DNA of 64,000 nt, from NCBI GenBank assembly GCA_046563655.1, contig CM102286.1, positions 8,742,001 through 8,806,000 on the forward strand, given 5' to 3'. The position numbers were made by a program, and so were the translations under genes. The notes beneath the pieces are model-generated. The model saw only the letters and a list, made by a program, of their open reading frames with translations, searched no databases and was not told the origin of the DNA. Shown here in pieces: positions 23,701-37,040 of this stretch. The first letter of the stretch is position 1. Each line of letters opens with the position of its first letter. Origin of the DNA: Yuukianura sp. NJ FZ-2021 (taxonomy: Eukaryota).

Positions 23701-26700
23701 ATTCTGGGCTATCTGAGGAGTCAAAATTGCAAACCGAAATTATGCTTCTGAAAGCCTATCTGAAGTGTGAAGTGTTCCAAACTCAATTTTTCACCAAAAA
23801 ATCATTTTTTTTCATTAAATACTCATCAAAAAGTCATTCTGGGCTATCTGAGGAGTCAAAATTGCAAACCGAAATTATGCTTCTGAAAGCCCATATGAAG
23901 TGTTCCAAACTAAATTTTTCTCCGAAAAATCCATTTTTTTCATTAAAAACTCTCCAAAAAGTCATTCCCGGCTATCTGAGGAGTCGAAATTGCAAACCGT
24001 TATAAAACTTGTTAATGCCCAACTGAAGTGTACAAATCTCAATTTTTCTCCGAAAAATGCATTTTTTTCATTTATAACTCACCAAAAAGTCATTCTGGGC
24101 AATCTGAGGAGTCAAAATTGCAAACCGAAATTATGCTTGTGAAGGCACATTTGAAGTGTACCAATCTCAATTCTTCTCCGAAAAATCATTTTTTTTTCAT
24201 TAAATACTCTTCAAAAAGTCATTCTGGGCTATCTGAGGAGTCAAAATTGCAAACCGAAATTATGCTTCTGAAAGCCCATATGAAGTGTTCCAAACTAAAT
24301 TTTTCTCCGAAAAATCCATTCTTTTCATTTAAAACTCACCAAAAAGTCATTCTGGGCTATCTGAGGAGTCAAAATTGTAAACCGAAATTATGCTTGTGAA
24401 AGCCCGTCTGAAGTGTTCCAAGCTCAATTTTTCACCAAAAAATCCATTTTTTTCATTAAAAACTCTCCAAAAAGTCATTCCCGGCTATCTGAGGAGTCGA
24501 AATTGCAAACCGTTATAAAACTTGTTAATGCCCAACTGAAGTGTACAAATCTCAATTTTTCTCCGAAAAATGCATTTTTTTCATTTAAAACTCACCATCA
24601 AGTCATTCTGGGCAATCTGAGGAGTCAAAATTGCAAACCGAAATTATGCTTGTGAAGGCACATTTGAAGTGTACCAATCTCAATTCTTCTCCGAAAAATC
24701 ATTTTTTTTCATTAAATACTCTTCAAAAAGTCATTCTGGGCTATCTGAGGAGTCAAAATTGCAAACCGAAATTATGCTTCTGAAAGCCCATCTGAAGTGT
24801 TCCAAACTCAATTTTTCACCAAAAAATCATTTTTTTTTTCATTAAATACTCATCAAAAAGTCATTCTGGGCTATCTGAGATGTCAAAATTGCAAACCGAA
24901 ATTATGCTTCTGAAAGCCCATCTGCTGAAGTGTTCCAAACTCACTTTTTCCCCGAAAAATCCATTTTTTTCATTTAAAGTTCCCCAAAAAGTCATTCTGG
25001 GCTATCTGAGGAGTCAAAATTGCAAACCGAAATTATGCTTCTGAAAGCCCATATGAAGTGTTCCAAACTAAATTTTTCTCCGAAAAATCCATTCTTTTCA
25101 TTTAAAACTCACAAAAAAGTCATTCTGGGCTATCTGAGGAGTCAAAATTGCAAACCGAAATTATGGTTGTGAAAGCCCATCTGAAGTGTTCCAAACTCAA
25201 TTTTTCACCAAAAAATCATTTTTTTTTTCATTAAATACTCATCAAAAAGTCATTCTGGGCTATCTGAGGAGTCAAAATTGCAAACCGAAATTATGCTTCT
25301 GAAAGCCCATATGAAGTGTTCCAAACTCACTTTTTCTCCGAAAAATCCATTTTTTTCATTTAAAACTCCCCAAAAAGTCATTCTGGGCTATCTGAGGAGT
25401 CAAAATTGCAAACCGAAATTATGCTTCTGAAAGCCCGTCTGAAGTGTTCCAAGCTCACTTTTTCCCCGAAAAATCCATTTTTTTCATTTAAAGTTCCCCA
25501 AAAAGTCATTCTGGGCTATCTGAGGAGTCAAAATTGCAAACCGAAATTATGCTTCTGAAAGCCCATATGAAGTGTTCCAAACTAAATTTTTCTCCGAAAA
25601 ATCCATTCTTTTCATTTAAAACTCACCAAAAAGTCATTCTGGGCTATCTGAGGAGTCAAAATTGCAAACCGAAATTATGGTTGTGAAAGCCCATCTGAAG
25701 TGTTCCAAGCTCAATTTTTCACCAAAAAATCATTTTTTTCATTAAATACTCTTCAAAAAGTCATTCTGGGCTATCTGAGGAGTCAAAATTGCAAACCGAA
25801 ATTATGCTTCTGAAAGCCCATATGAAGTGTTCCAAACTCAATTTTTCTCCGAAAAATCCATTTTTTTCATTTAAAACTCACCAAAAAGTCATTCTGGGCT
25901 ATCTGAGCAGTCAAAATTGCAAACCGAAATTATGCTTCTGAAAGCCCATCTGAAGTGTTCCAAACTCACTTTTTCTCCGAAAAATCCATTTTTTTCATTT
26001 AAAACTCACCAAAAAGTCATTCTGGGCTATCTGAGGAGTCAAAATTGCAAACCGAAATTATGCTTCTGAAAGCCCATATGAAGTGTTCCAAACTAAATTT
26101 TTCTCCGAAAAATCCATTTTTTTCATTTAAAACTCCCCAAAAAGTCATTCTGGGTTATCTGAGGAGTCAAAATTGCAAACCAAAATTATGCTTCTGAAAG
26201 CCCATCTGAAGTGTTCCAAACTCAATTTTTCACCAAAAAATCATTTTTTTTTCATTAAATAGTCTTCAAAAAGTGATTCTGGGCTATCTGAGGAGTCAAA
26301 ATTGCAAACCGAAATTATGCTTGTGAAGGCACATCTGAAGTGTACCAATCTCAATTTTTCTCCGAAAAATCCTTTTTTTTTCATTTATAACTCACCAAAA
26401 AGTCATTCTAGGCTATCTGAGGAGTCAAAATTGCAAACCGAAATTCTGCTTGTGAAGGCACATCTGAAAAGTTCCAAGCTCAATTTTTCACCAAAAACTC
26501 CATTTTTTTCATTTAAAACTCCCCAAAAAGTCATTCTGGGTTATCTGAGGAGTCAAAATTGCAAACCGAAATTATGCTTCTGAAAGCCCATCTGAAGTGT
26601 TCCAAACTCAATGTTTTTCCGAAAAATCCATTTTTTTCATTAAATACTCTTCAAAAAGTCATTCTGGGCTATCTGAGATGTCAAAATTGCAAACCGAAAT

Positions 26701-29700
26701 TATGCTTCTGAAAGCCCATATGAAGTGTTCCAAACTCACTTTTTCTCCGAAAAATCCATTCTTTTCATTTAAAACTCACCAAAAAGTCATTCTGGGTTAT
26801 CTGAGGAGTCAAAATTGCAAACCAAAATTATGCTTGTGAAGGCACATTTGAAGTGTACCAATCTCAATTCTTCTCCGAAAAATCATTTTTTTTTCATTAA
26901 ATACTCTTCAAAAAGTCATTCTGGGCTATCTGAGGAGTCAAAATTGCAAACCGAAATTATGCTTCTGAAAGCCCATCTGAAGTGTTCCAAACTCAATTTT
27001 TCACCAAAAAATCATTTTTTTCATTAAATAGTCTTCAAAAAGTCATTCTGGGCTATCTGAGGAGTCAAAATTGCAAACCGAAATTATGCTTCTGAAAGCC
27101 CATCTGAAGTGTTCCAAACTCACTTTTTCTCCGAAAAATTCATTTTTTTTTCATTTAAAACTCCCCAAAGAGTCATTCTGGGCTATTTGAGATGTCAAAA
27201 TTGCAAACCGAAATTATGCTTGTGAAAGCCCATCTGCTGAAGTGTTCCAAACTCACTTTTTCTCCGAAAAATCCATTTTTTTCATTTAAAACTCACCAAA
27301 AAGTCATTCTGGGCTATCTGAGGAGTCAAAATTGCAAACCGAAATTATGCTTCTGAAAGCCCATATGAAGTGTTCCAAACTAAATTTTTCTCCGAAAAAT
27401 CCATTTTTTTCATTTAAAACTCCCCAAAAAGTCATTCTGGGTTATCTGAGGAGTCAAAATTGCAAACCAAATTATGCTTCTGAAAGCCCATCTGAAGTGT
27501 TCCAAACTCAATTTTTCACCAAAAAATCATTTTTTTTTTCATTAAATAGTCTTCAAAAAGTGATTCTGGGCTATCTGAGGAGTCAAAATTGCAAACCGAA
27601 ATTATGCTTGTGAAGGCACATCTGAAGTGTACCAATCTCAATTTTTCTCCGAAAAATCCTTTTTTTTTTCATTTATAACTCACCAAAAAGTCATTCTGGG
27701 CTATCTGAGGAGTCAAAATTGCAAACCGAAATTCTGCTTGTGAAGGCACATCTGAAAAGTTCCAAGCTCAATTTTTCACCAAAAACTCCATTTTTTTCAT
27801 TTAAAACTCCCCAAAAAGTCATTCTGGGTTATCTGAGGAGTCAAAATTGCAAACCGAAATTATGCTTCTGAAAGCCCATCTGAAGTGTTCCAAACTCAAT
27901 GTTTTTCCGAAAAATCCATTTTTTTCATTAAATACTCTTCAAAAAGTCATTCTGGGCTATCTGAGATGTCAAAATTGCAAACCGAAATTATGCTTCTGAA
28001 AGCCCATATGAAGTGTTCCAAACTCACTTTTTCTCCGAAAAATCCATTCTTTTCATTTAAAACTCCCGAAAAAGTCATTCTGGGCTATCTGAGGAGTCAA
28101 AATTGCAACCCGAAATTATGCTTCTGAAAGCCCATCTGAAGTGTTACCAATCTCAATTCTTCTCCGAAAAATCATTTTTTTTTCATTAAATACTCTTCAA
28201 AAAGTCATTCTGGGCTATCTGAGGAGTCAAAATTGCAAACCGAAATTATGCTTCTGAAAGCCCATCTGAAGTGTTCCAAACTCAATTTTTCACCAAAAAA
28301 TCATTTTTTTCATTAAATAGTCTTCAAAAAGTCATTCTGGGCTATCTGAGGAGTCAAAATTGCAAACCGAAATTATGCTTCTGAAAGCCCGTCTGAAGTG
28401 TTCCAAACTCACTTTTTCTCCGAAAAATCCATTTTTTTCATTTAAAACTCACCAAAAAGTCATTCCGGGCAATCTGAGGAGTCAAAATTGCAAACCGAAA
28501 TTATGCTTGTGAAGGCACATCTGAAGTGTACCAATCTCAATTCTTCTCCGAAAAATCATTTTTTTTTTCATTAAATACTCTTCAAAAAGTCATTCTGGGC
28601 TATCTGAGGAGTCAAAATTGCAAACCGAAATTATGCTTCTGAAAGCCCATCTGAAGTGTTCCAAACTCAATTTTTCACCAAAAAATCATTTTTTTCATTA
28701 AATAGTCTTCAAAAAGTCATTCTGGGCTATCTGAGGAGTCAAAATTGCAAACCGAAATTATGCTTCTGAAACCCCATCTGAAGTGTTCCAAACTCAATTT
28801 TTCACCAAAAAATCATTTTTTTTTTCATTAAATACTCATCAAAAAGTCATTCTGGGCTATCTGAGATGTCAAAATTGCAAACCGAAATTATGCTTCTGAA
28901 AGCCCATCTGCTGAAGTGTTCCAAACTCACTTTTTCCCCGAAAAATCCATTTTTTTCATTTAAAGTTCCCCAAAAAGTCATTCTGGGCTATCTGAGGAGT
29001 CAAAATTGCAAACCGAAATTATGCTTCTGAAAGCCCATATGAAGTGTTCCAAACTAAATTTTTCTCCGAAAAATCCATTCTTTTCATTTAAAACTCACCA
29101 AAAAGTCATTCTGGGCTATCTGAGGAGTCAAAATTGCAAACCGAAATTATGGTTGTGAAAGCCCATCTGAAGTGTTCCAAACTCAATTTTTCACCAAAAA
29201 AATCATTCTTTTTCATTAAATACTCATCAAAAAGTCATTCTGGGCTATCTGAGGAGTCAAAATTGCAAACCGAAATTATGCTTCTGAAAGCCCATATGAA
29301 GTGTTCCAAACTCACTTTTTCTCCGAAAAATCCATTTTTTTCATTTAAAACTCCCCAAAAAGTCATTCTGGGCTATCTGAGGAGTCAAAATTGCAAACCG
29401 AAATTATGCTTCTGAAAGCCCGTCTGAAGTGTTCCAAGCTCACTTTTTCCCCGAAAAATCCATTTTTTTCATTTAAAGTTCCCCAAAAAGTCATTCTGGG
29501 CTATCTGAGGAGTCAAAATTGCAAACCGAAATTATGCTTCTGAAAGCCCATATGAAGTGTTCCAAACTAAATTTTTCTCCGAAAAATCCATTCTTTTCAT
29601 TTAAAACTCACCAAAAAGTCATTCTGGGCTATCTGAGGAGTCAAAATTGCAAACCGAAATTATGGTTGTGAAAGCCCATCTGAAGTGTTCCAAGCTCAAT

Positions 29701-32700
29701 TTTTCACCAAAAAATCATTTTTTTCATTAAATACTCTTCAAAAAGTCATTCTGGGCTATCTGAGGAGTCAAAATTGCAAACCGAAATTATGCTTCTGAAA
29801 GCCCATATGAAGTGTTCCAAACTCAATTTTTCTCCGAAAAATCCATTTTTTTCATTTAAAACTCACCAAAAAGTCATTCTGGGCTATCTGAGGAGTCAAA
29901 ATTGCAAACCGAAATTATGCTTCTGAAAGCCCATCTGAAGTGTTCCAAACTCACTTTTTCTCCGAAAAATCCATTTTTTTCATTTAAAACTCACCAAAAA
30001 GTCATTCTGGGCTATCTGAGGAGTCAAAATTGCAAACCGAAATTATGCTTCTGAAAGCCCATATGAAGTGTTCCAAACTAAATTTTTCTCCGAAAAATCC
30101 ATTCTTTTCATTTAAAACTCACCAAAAAGTCATTCTGGGCTATCTGAGGAGTCAAAATTGCAAACCGAAATTATGCTTCTGAAAGCCCATATGAAGTGTT
30201 CCAAACTCACTTTTTCTCCGAAAAATCCATTTTTTTCATTTAAAACTCCCCAAAAAGTCATTCTGGGTTATCTGAGGAGTCAAAATTGCAAACCAAAATT
30301 ATGCTTCTGAAAGCCCATCTGAAGTGTTCCAAACTCAATTTTTCACCAAAAAATCATTTTTTTCATTAAATAGTCTTCAAAAAGTCATTCTGGGCTATCT
30401 GAGGAGTCAAAATTGCAAACCGAAATTATGCTTGTGAAGGCACATCTGAAGTGTACCAATCTCAATTTTTCTCCGAAAAATCCTTTTTTTTCATTTAAAA
30501 CTCCCCAAAAAGTCATTCTGGGCTATCTGAGGAGTCAAAATTGCAAACCGAAATTCTGCTTGTGAAGGCACATCTGAAAAGTTCCAAGCTCAATTTTTCA
30601 CCAAAAACTCCATTTTTTTCATTTAAAACTCCCCAAAAAGTCATTCTGGGTTATCTGAGGAGTCAAAATTGCAAACCGAAATTATGCTTCTGAAAGCCCA
30701 TCTGAAGTGTTCCAAACTCAATGTTTTTCCGAAAAATCCATTTTTTTCATTAAATACTCTTCAAAAAGTCATTCTGGGCTATCTGAGATGTCAAAATTGC
30801 AAACCGAAATTATGCTTCTGAAAGCCCATATGAAGTGTTCCAAACTCACTTTTTCTCCGAAAAATCCATTCTTTTCATTTAAAACTCACCAAAAAGTCAT
30901 TCTGGGTTATCTGAGGAGTCAAAATTGCAAACCAAAATTATGCTTCTGAAAGCCCATCTGAAAAGTTCCAAGCTCAATTTTTCACCAAAAACTCCATTTT
31001 TTTCATTTAAAACTCCCCAAAAAGTCATTCTGGGTTATCTGAGGATTCAAAATTGCAACCCGAAATTATGCTTCTGAAAGCCCATATGAAGTGTTCCAAA
31101 CTCACTTTTTCTCCGAAAAATCCATTCTTTTCATTTAAAACTCACCAAAAAGTCATTCTGGGTTATCTGAGGAGTCAAAATTGCAAACCAAAATTATGCT
31201 TCTGAAAGCCCATCTGAAGTGTTCCAAACTCAATTTTTCACCAAAAACTCCATTTTTTTCATTTAAAACTCCCCAAAAAGTCATTCTGGGTTATCTGAGG
31301 AGTCAAAATTGCAACCCGAAATTATGCTTCTGAAAGCCCATCTGAAAAGTTCCAAGCTCAATTTTTCACCAAAAACTCCATTCTTTTCATTTAAAACTCA
31401 CCAAAAAGTCATTCTGGGCTATCTGAGGAGTCAAAATTGCAAACCGAAATTATGCTTCTGAAAGCCCATATGAAGTGTTCCAAACTCAATTTTTCTCCGA
31501 AAAATCCATTTTTTTCATTTAAAACTCACCAAAAAGTCATTCTGGGCTATCTGAGGAGTCAAAATTGCAAACCGAAATTATGCTTCTGAAAGCCCATCTG
31601 AAGTGTTCCAAACTCACTTTTTCTCCGAAAAATCCATTTTTTTCATTTAAAACTCACCAAAAAGTCATTCTGGGCTATCTGAGGAGTCAAAATTGCAAAC
31701 CGAAATTATGCTTCTGAAAGCCCATATGAAGTGTTCCAAACTAAATTTTTCTCCGAAAAATCCATTCTTTTCATTTAAAACTCACCAAAATGTCATTCTG
31801 GGCTATCTGAGGAGTCAAAATTGCAAACCGAAATTATGCTTCTGAAAGCCCATATGAAGTGTTCCAAACTCACTTTTTCTCCGAAAAATCCATTTTTTTC
31901 ATTTAAAACTCCCCAAAAAGTCATTCTGGGTTATCTGAGGAGTCAAAATTGCAAACCAAAATTATGCTTCTGAAAGCCCATCTGAAGTGTTCCAAACTCA
32001 ATTTTTCACCAAAAAATCATTTTTTTTTTCATTAAATAGTCTTCAAAAAGTGATTCTGGGCTATCTGAGGAGTCAAAATTGCAAACCGAAATTATGCTTG
32101 TGAAGGCACATCTGAAGTGTACCAATCTCAATTTTTCTCCGAAAAATCCTTTTTTTTTCATTTATAACTCACCAAAAAGTCATTCTAGGCTATCTGAGGA
32201 GTCAAAATTGCAAACCGAAATTCTGCTTGTGAAGGCACATCTGAAAAGTTCCAAGCTCAATTTTTCACCAAAAACTCCATTTTTTTCATTTAAAACTCCC
32301 CAAAAAGTCATTCTGGGTTATCTGAGGAGTCAAAATTGCAAACCGAAATTATGCTTCTGAAAGCCCATCTGAAGTGTTCCAAACTCAATGTTTTTCCGAA
32401 AAATCCATTTTTTTCATTAAATACTCTTCAAAAAGTCATTCTGGGCTATCTGAGATGTCAAAATTGCAAACCGAAATTATGCTTCTGAAAGCCCATATGA
32501 AGTGTTCCAAACTCACTTTTTCTCCGAAAAATCCATTCTTTTCATTTAAAACTCACCAAAAAGTCATTCTGGGTTATCTGAGGAGTCAAAATTGCAAACC
32601 AAAATTATGCTTCTGAAAGCCCATCTGAAAAGTTCCAAGCTCAATTTTTCACCAAAAACTCCATTTTTTTCATTTAAAACTCCCCAAAAAGTCATTCTGG

Positions 32701-33316
32701 GTTATCTGAGGAGTCAAAATTGCAACCCGAAATTATGCTTCTGAAAGCCCATATGAAGTGTTCCAAACTCACTTTTTCTCCGAAAAATCCATTCTTTTCA
32801 TTTAAAACTCACCAAAAAGTCATTCTGGGTTATCTGAGGAGTCAAAATTGCAAACCAAAATTATGCTTCTGAAAGCCCATCTGAAGTGTTCCAAACTCAA
32901 TTTTTCACCAAAAACTCCATTTTTTTCATTTAAAACTCCCCAAAAAGTCATTCTGGGTTATCTGAGGATTCAAAATTGCAACCCGAAATTATGCTTCTGA
33001 AAGCCCATATGAAGTGTTCCAAACTCACTTTTTCTCCGAAAAATCCATTCTTTTCATTTAAAACTCACCAAAAAGTCATTCTGGGTTATCTGAGGAGTCA
33101 AAATTGCAAACCAAAATTATGCTTCTGAAAGCCCATCTGAAAAGTTCCAAGCTCAATTTTTCACCAAAAACTCCATTTTTTTCATTTAAAACTCCCCAAA
33201 AAGTCATTCTGGGTTATCTGAGGAGTCAAAATTGCAACCCGAAATTATGCTTCTGAAAGCCCATCTGAAGTGTTCCAAACTCAATGTTTTTCCGAAAAAT
33301 CCATTTTTTTCATTAA
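17755..33316. repeat. ~128-bp satellite array, block 4
   Basis: About 120 uninterrupted monomers with recurring variant series. Confidence 0.98.
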
Positions 33317-33495
33317 GGAGAGACTGGAGGTCAATAAAAACAACGCCAAAGAACGTTTTGTAGACATGGCAACGACTGAAAATTTAGAATTTACAACCTA
33401 CGTAATCATGAAAAACCCGAACGGGTGGATTCTTTACGATTGAAATTTTGCACAACGTAAGCTTACGTCCCGATCAATCCGTTTCATAGTCGTGC

Positions 33496-33943
33496 ATGAG
33501 GTCAATTCGTAAGCATGACCAATTCGTAATCAGAAAAGTCGTAAGCACCGTCAATTCGTAAGCATATCTTTTCGTATCCTTGGGTTTCCGTTTCGTAGAG
33601 TTTGGTTTTTAGGTTTTCTTTTGTCAAAATTTGGGAAATAAGGCTATCACCATCTAAAACGCAGTTTTTAGCGAAATGTAAGTCATACTGCCCACAATTC
33701 TTAATTGAATTTAGCTTATGCTATGTTAGTTTAAGTCAGGTTAGGTTTTTTAGGTTATTTTTTCTTAAAAATTTTGAAATTGAAATAGGGTTTACGAGAC
33801 TTACGAAAGCACTGCTTACGATTTGGGCTGTTTCCGAATTGACCATGCTTACGAGTTGTCCCTACTTATGAATTGTCGGCTTACGAAATTGAGTTTACAA
33901 ATTGACTGTTTACGAATTTGAGCTTACAAATTGACCTGGAACC
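33496..33943. mobile_element. MULE/foldback-like MITE with subterminal repeats; left end probably deleted
   Basis: GTCAATTCGTAAGC-like units on the left and inverted GCTTACGAATTGAC-like units on the right, ending ...ACCTGGAACC. Flanked by GTCGTGC(A/G)TG at 33489 and 33944. Confidence 0.6.
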
Positions 33944-34327
33944 GTCGTGCGTGCTCTAAATTGTATTATAAAATGTCTTCAGGAAAATATGAAAGCATGA
34001 ATACTATTTCGAAAAATAACACATGCATATAATTTTATTTCTGGGGATTATGTTTGAATGACAAGTGTGGCCAGTGAAGCTGCAGAAGACAAAGTCGTAA
34101 AATGTGTTGACAAACATGATTTCTCTCTGGAAGATTGAAAAACATTGAGACTATTTTAAAGCATATTTATTAGACAAAATTATAACGAACCAAATTTGAA
34201 TACTAATGACGAATAATAGTAGTAATGATAATAGTAATAATACAATACATACAGCTATAGTTATTACTATTTCCTGATATCCAATTTAGTATGATTAGTT
34301 TGGCCGAAGACACAAACATGCTAGGAT

Positions 34328-37040
34328 TTATAAGTTTTCTGGAACCTCATCTGTTGACCTACGCTTCCTTTCGAGACGTGACTTTTGGATTGCTTCGAGT
34401 CTGTAGTTTGGTTGTTTGATGGGCATCGACCGTGCGACTCGCGAGTTGACGATCTCTGGCCCCAAGTCTTCACGGTAGAATTTCAGCAGTTTGGTGGTCA
34501 TCTTATTCCATAGACAGCCAGTTGCATCATCACGATAAATTCGCTCAATGTAGAGAGGAAAGTCGACAATTCCCTTGGACGTATTCCGAAAACTGTAGAC
34601 TACAAAGTCACACCATTGCCTTCCACTGACATGCAATTGCATCACGATTTGACTAGAGAAAACACATAAAACAATTCGCAACCTTGTACTCAAACCATAT
34701 TAATGCTCGGCTAAATTCTGAAAGACATACCGATAGTACTTGTGGTTCTTCTTCAATTCCAAAACTTGTTCGCTTCCAAGAGCAGTTGAGCTTGATGCCA
34801 ATCCTAAGAAGGAAGTCTTTTTCATGATCGAAGGCATCTCTTTCGGAGCAAATCCAATCATGGATTGTGGACATTTCACTTCGATAAGGCCATCTTCTCC
34901 AACCAATCCATCTGGTGAAGCTGCAAAGACCCCATGATCGATACTGACAAAAAGACCAGACGGTCTGACGACGACATTTGTTTCTTTCTCATAAGCGCGT
35001 ATTGCATAGGCTTCGTACTTCTTCCCGTGTGTAATGCCTGCAAGGTGGGATAAGCACTTGGGATACAGAAGCTTGGATACGACGGACGAGTTGTTCGTTG
35101 AGTCCTTTAGAGAAAAAACCTCCCCAGCTACAGATGCCGTTATCCTCCCACCTCGCTCCACTGTCCACATTTCGGATTCCGATTGGAGCGTAGTACCTTG
35201 TAGAATTCTCTTCTGTTGTTCTATGGTGACATTTTTGCTCTGCATGAGCTGCACAACCTGATCCCGAACAGTATCATCATCAAAGTCTTCGTCAGCTGCG
35301 TTGGGACCGTAATCTGCATCTGGTTGATTGGGAGTGTTTGGTTTACAAGTCTTCCTCAGCTTCTGCTTACTCTTCTTTGCGGTTTGTGCTTTTTTTGCAG
35401 CATTTAGTGCGGCAACTTTCCACCGTCTTGATGGACTTCGATGGTTCAAACTTTTGAATGCATCCGCATAGAAACAAGCTCCTTTGTTGAAGGATAGTGC
35501 TGAAGTGGAAGCTTTGAGCTTCCATCCTCCCCTCTGTATGACGTTCAGCCGCTTTCCATGATTAAATTTTGCCACTCTGCTCATAAAAGACTCACAAATG
35601 TTGGAGGTCAAGTTTGGCATTAGTCTTGAAGAAATGGAGGCAATCTGTTTGAATCGATGGATGACATCGCTCCAGAGCGACGTATCTTGCAGGGCAACAA
35701 ACAAGTTCTCATTTTTAGTTGTTCCATCGCAAAAGTATGAAGCACAGTTCTGATGTCGCCCGAAGGTATGGAAAGGAATGTTTTCAATGTCCTTCCGTAA
35801 CAGACTATCATTTCTGTGTGACTCTTGGCTTCTGTAACTGATGGCTGCTCGAAGTGACTTGCCCATTCTGTGCATCTGGGATTTCAAAACCTGGCGTTCT
35901 CTAAGACTATACATTTTGGTAGCCTTCGTAGCAGCAATGCAAAACTTATTCAAGTTCTTCACAATGTGATTGACGCATTCAGCCTTCTCGATTTGAATTC
36001 CAGGGTAGATTTGTGAATTCACCAGAGTATGATAAACCGAGGAGTCACCATCAGCGATCAGAGTCTTGAAGACAAGTCCATGCATTTCAATACTTGCTCT
36101 GAAGCCTTCTTGTATGATTCGAGTTTCCATCACAGTTGCGCTGACAGCTTCATCCCAGTTCTTGTAACAGATATGTTCCTTTGGGGGTTGACCAGAGCTA
36201 CTGGCTCTTTTGCAGACGATGCAGAACATGTTCTTTATCCCAATGTAAAGCAGTTTTTTGCTTCTGGCGCCAATAAGGACAGCGACGCCGCCTTTGGATT
36301 TGAAAGAATGGCCGTAGGATCTCGTGCACCACGCACCATCGGCGTACACGGAAGTACATGGGTATGTGATACCCTCAATGACGACAGTGTCTTTCGCAGC
36401 TTCAGCTAATTGGACCTCCAACTTTCCATTTTCAAGTATCTGCTCGGCAAGTGTTTCATCCCATTGTTTGGTCAGTTTCTCTAAGTGCCTGCTGTATGTC
36501 TTGAACACTGGAAAAGGAATATCCATGACTGTCATCATGTGTTTGGAAGCTTCGTAGTTGCTAGCTCCAGCGCATGTGCCCCACACAAGACTCTCGTTCA
36601 CCGGTAGAGTTACCCCAGCTTCTTCCTTGTCCGACGAAATCCAATTTTTCCAATCACATGAAGTACAGCGAACTAACATGCGGCTTCGAAGGCCCATTCT
36701 TGTTTCCTTAAACCAAAGTAACTTCATTTTAATGCTGTAACCTACTAGAGACAGCTAACAACAAGATGATGTAAACTCTTACTTTGTCAAACACCAACAC
36801 AGGATTGGAACAAATTGCTCCGTGGCGTGATGCTGCATTCAAGGACAAGAGCCATTGGGAGACTGTAATTATTCGCCTGCCGGAAATACTCTTTTCGTTT
36901 GAGCCGCATTGAGCTGGGGTTGCGGAAGGCACGTCTTCAATGGTTCCCTTTTGATGTTGGTTGTTCCTCCATTTTCGATATCCAGTCTTTTTGGCAGTTG
37001 CAACTTTCCTCGAAAAATAGCGCTTGCGTTGTCTGCCCAT
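34328..37040 (-). CDS. DDE transposase (Kolobok/Mutator-like) fused to a C-terminal YqaJ/lambda-exonuclease domain; 3 coding exons, ~852 aa
   Basis: Exons 37040-36783, 36706-34731 and 34652-34328 with GT-AG introns of 76 and 78 bp give one open frame (FDK|ETR; YYR|QIVMQ). DDE motifs: YADGAWCTRSYGH, CIVC, IADGDSS, ECVNH, NICES. YqaJ motifs: W..ER.GRITAS, ASPDGLVGEDGLIEVKCP, QIVMQL...WCDFVV. Confidence 0.88.

Noticed and set aside
34700..36727. Phage or bacterial origin of the YqaJ gene (prophage or contamination)
   Set aside because: The gene has spliceosomal introns, is fused to a eukaryotic-type transposase, and has no phage neighbours.
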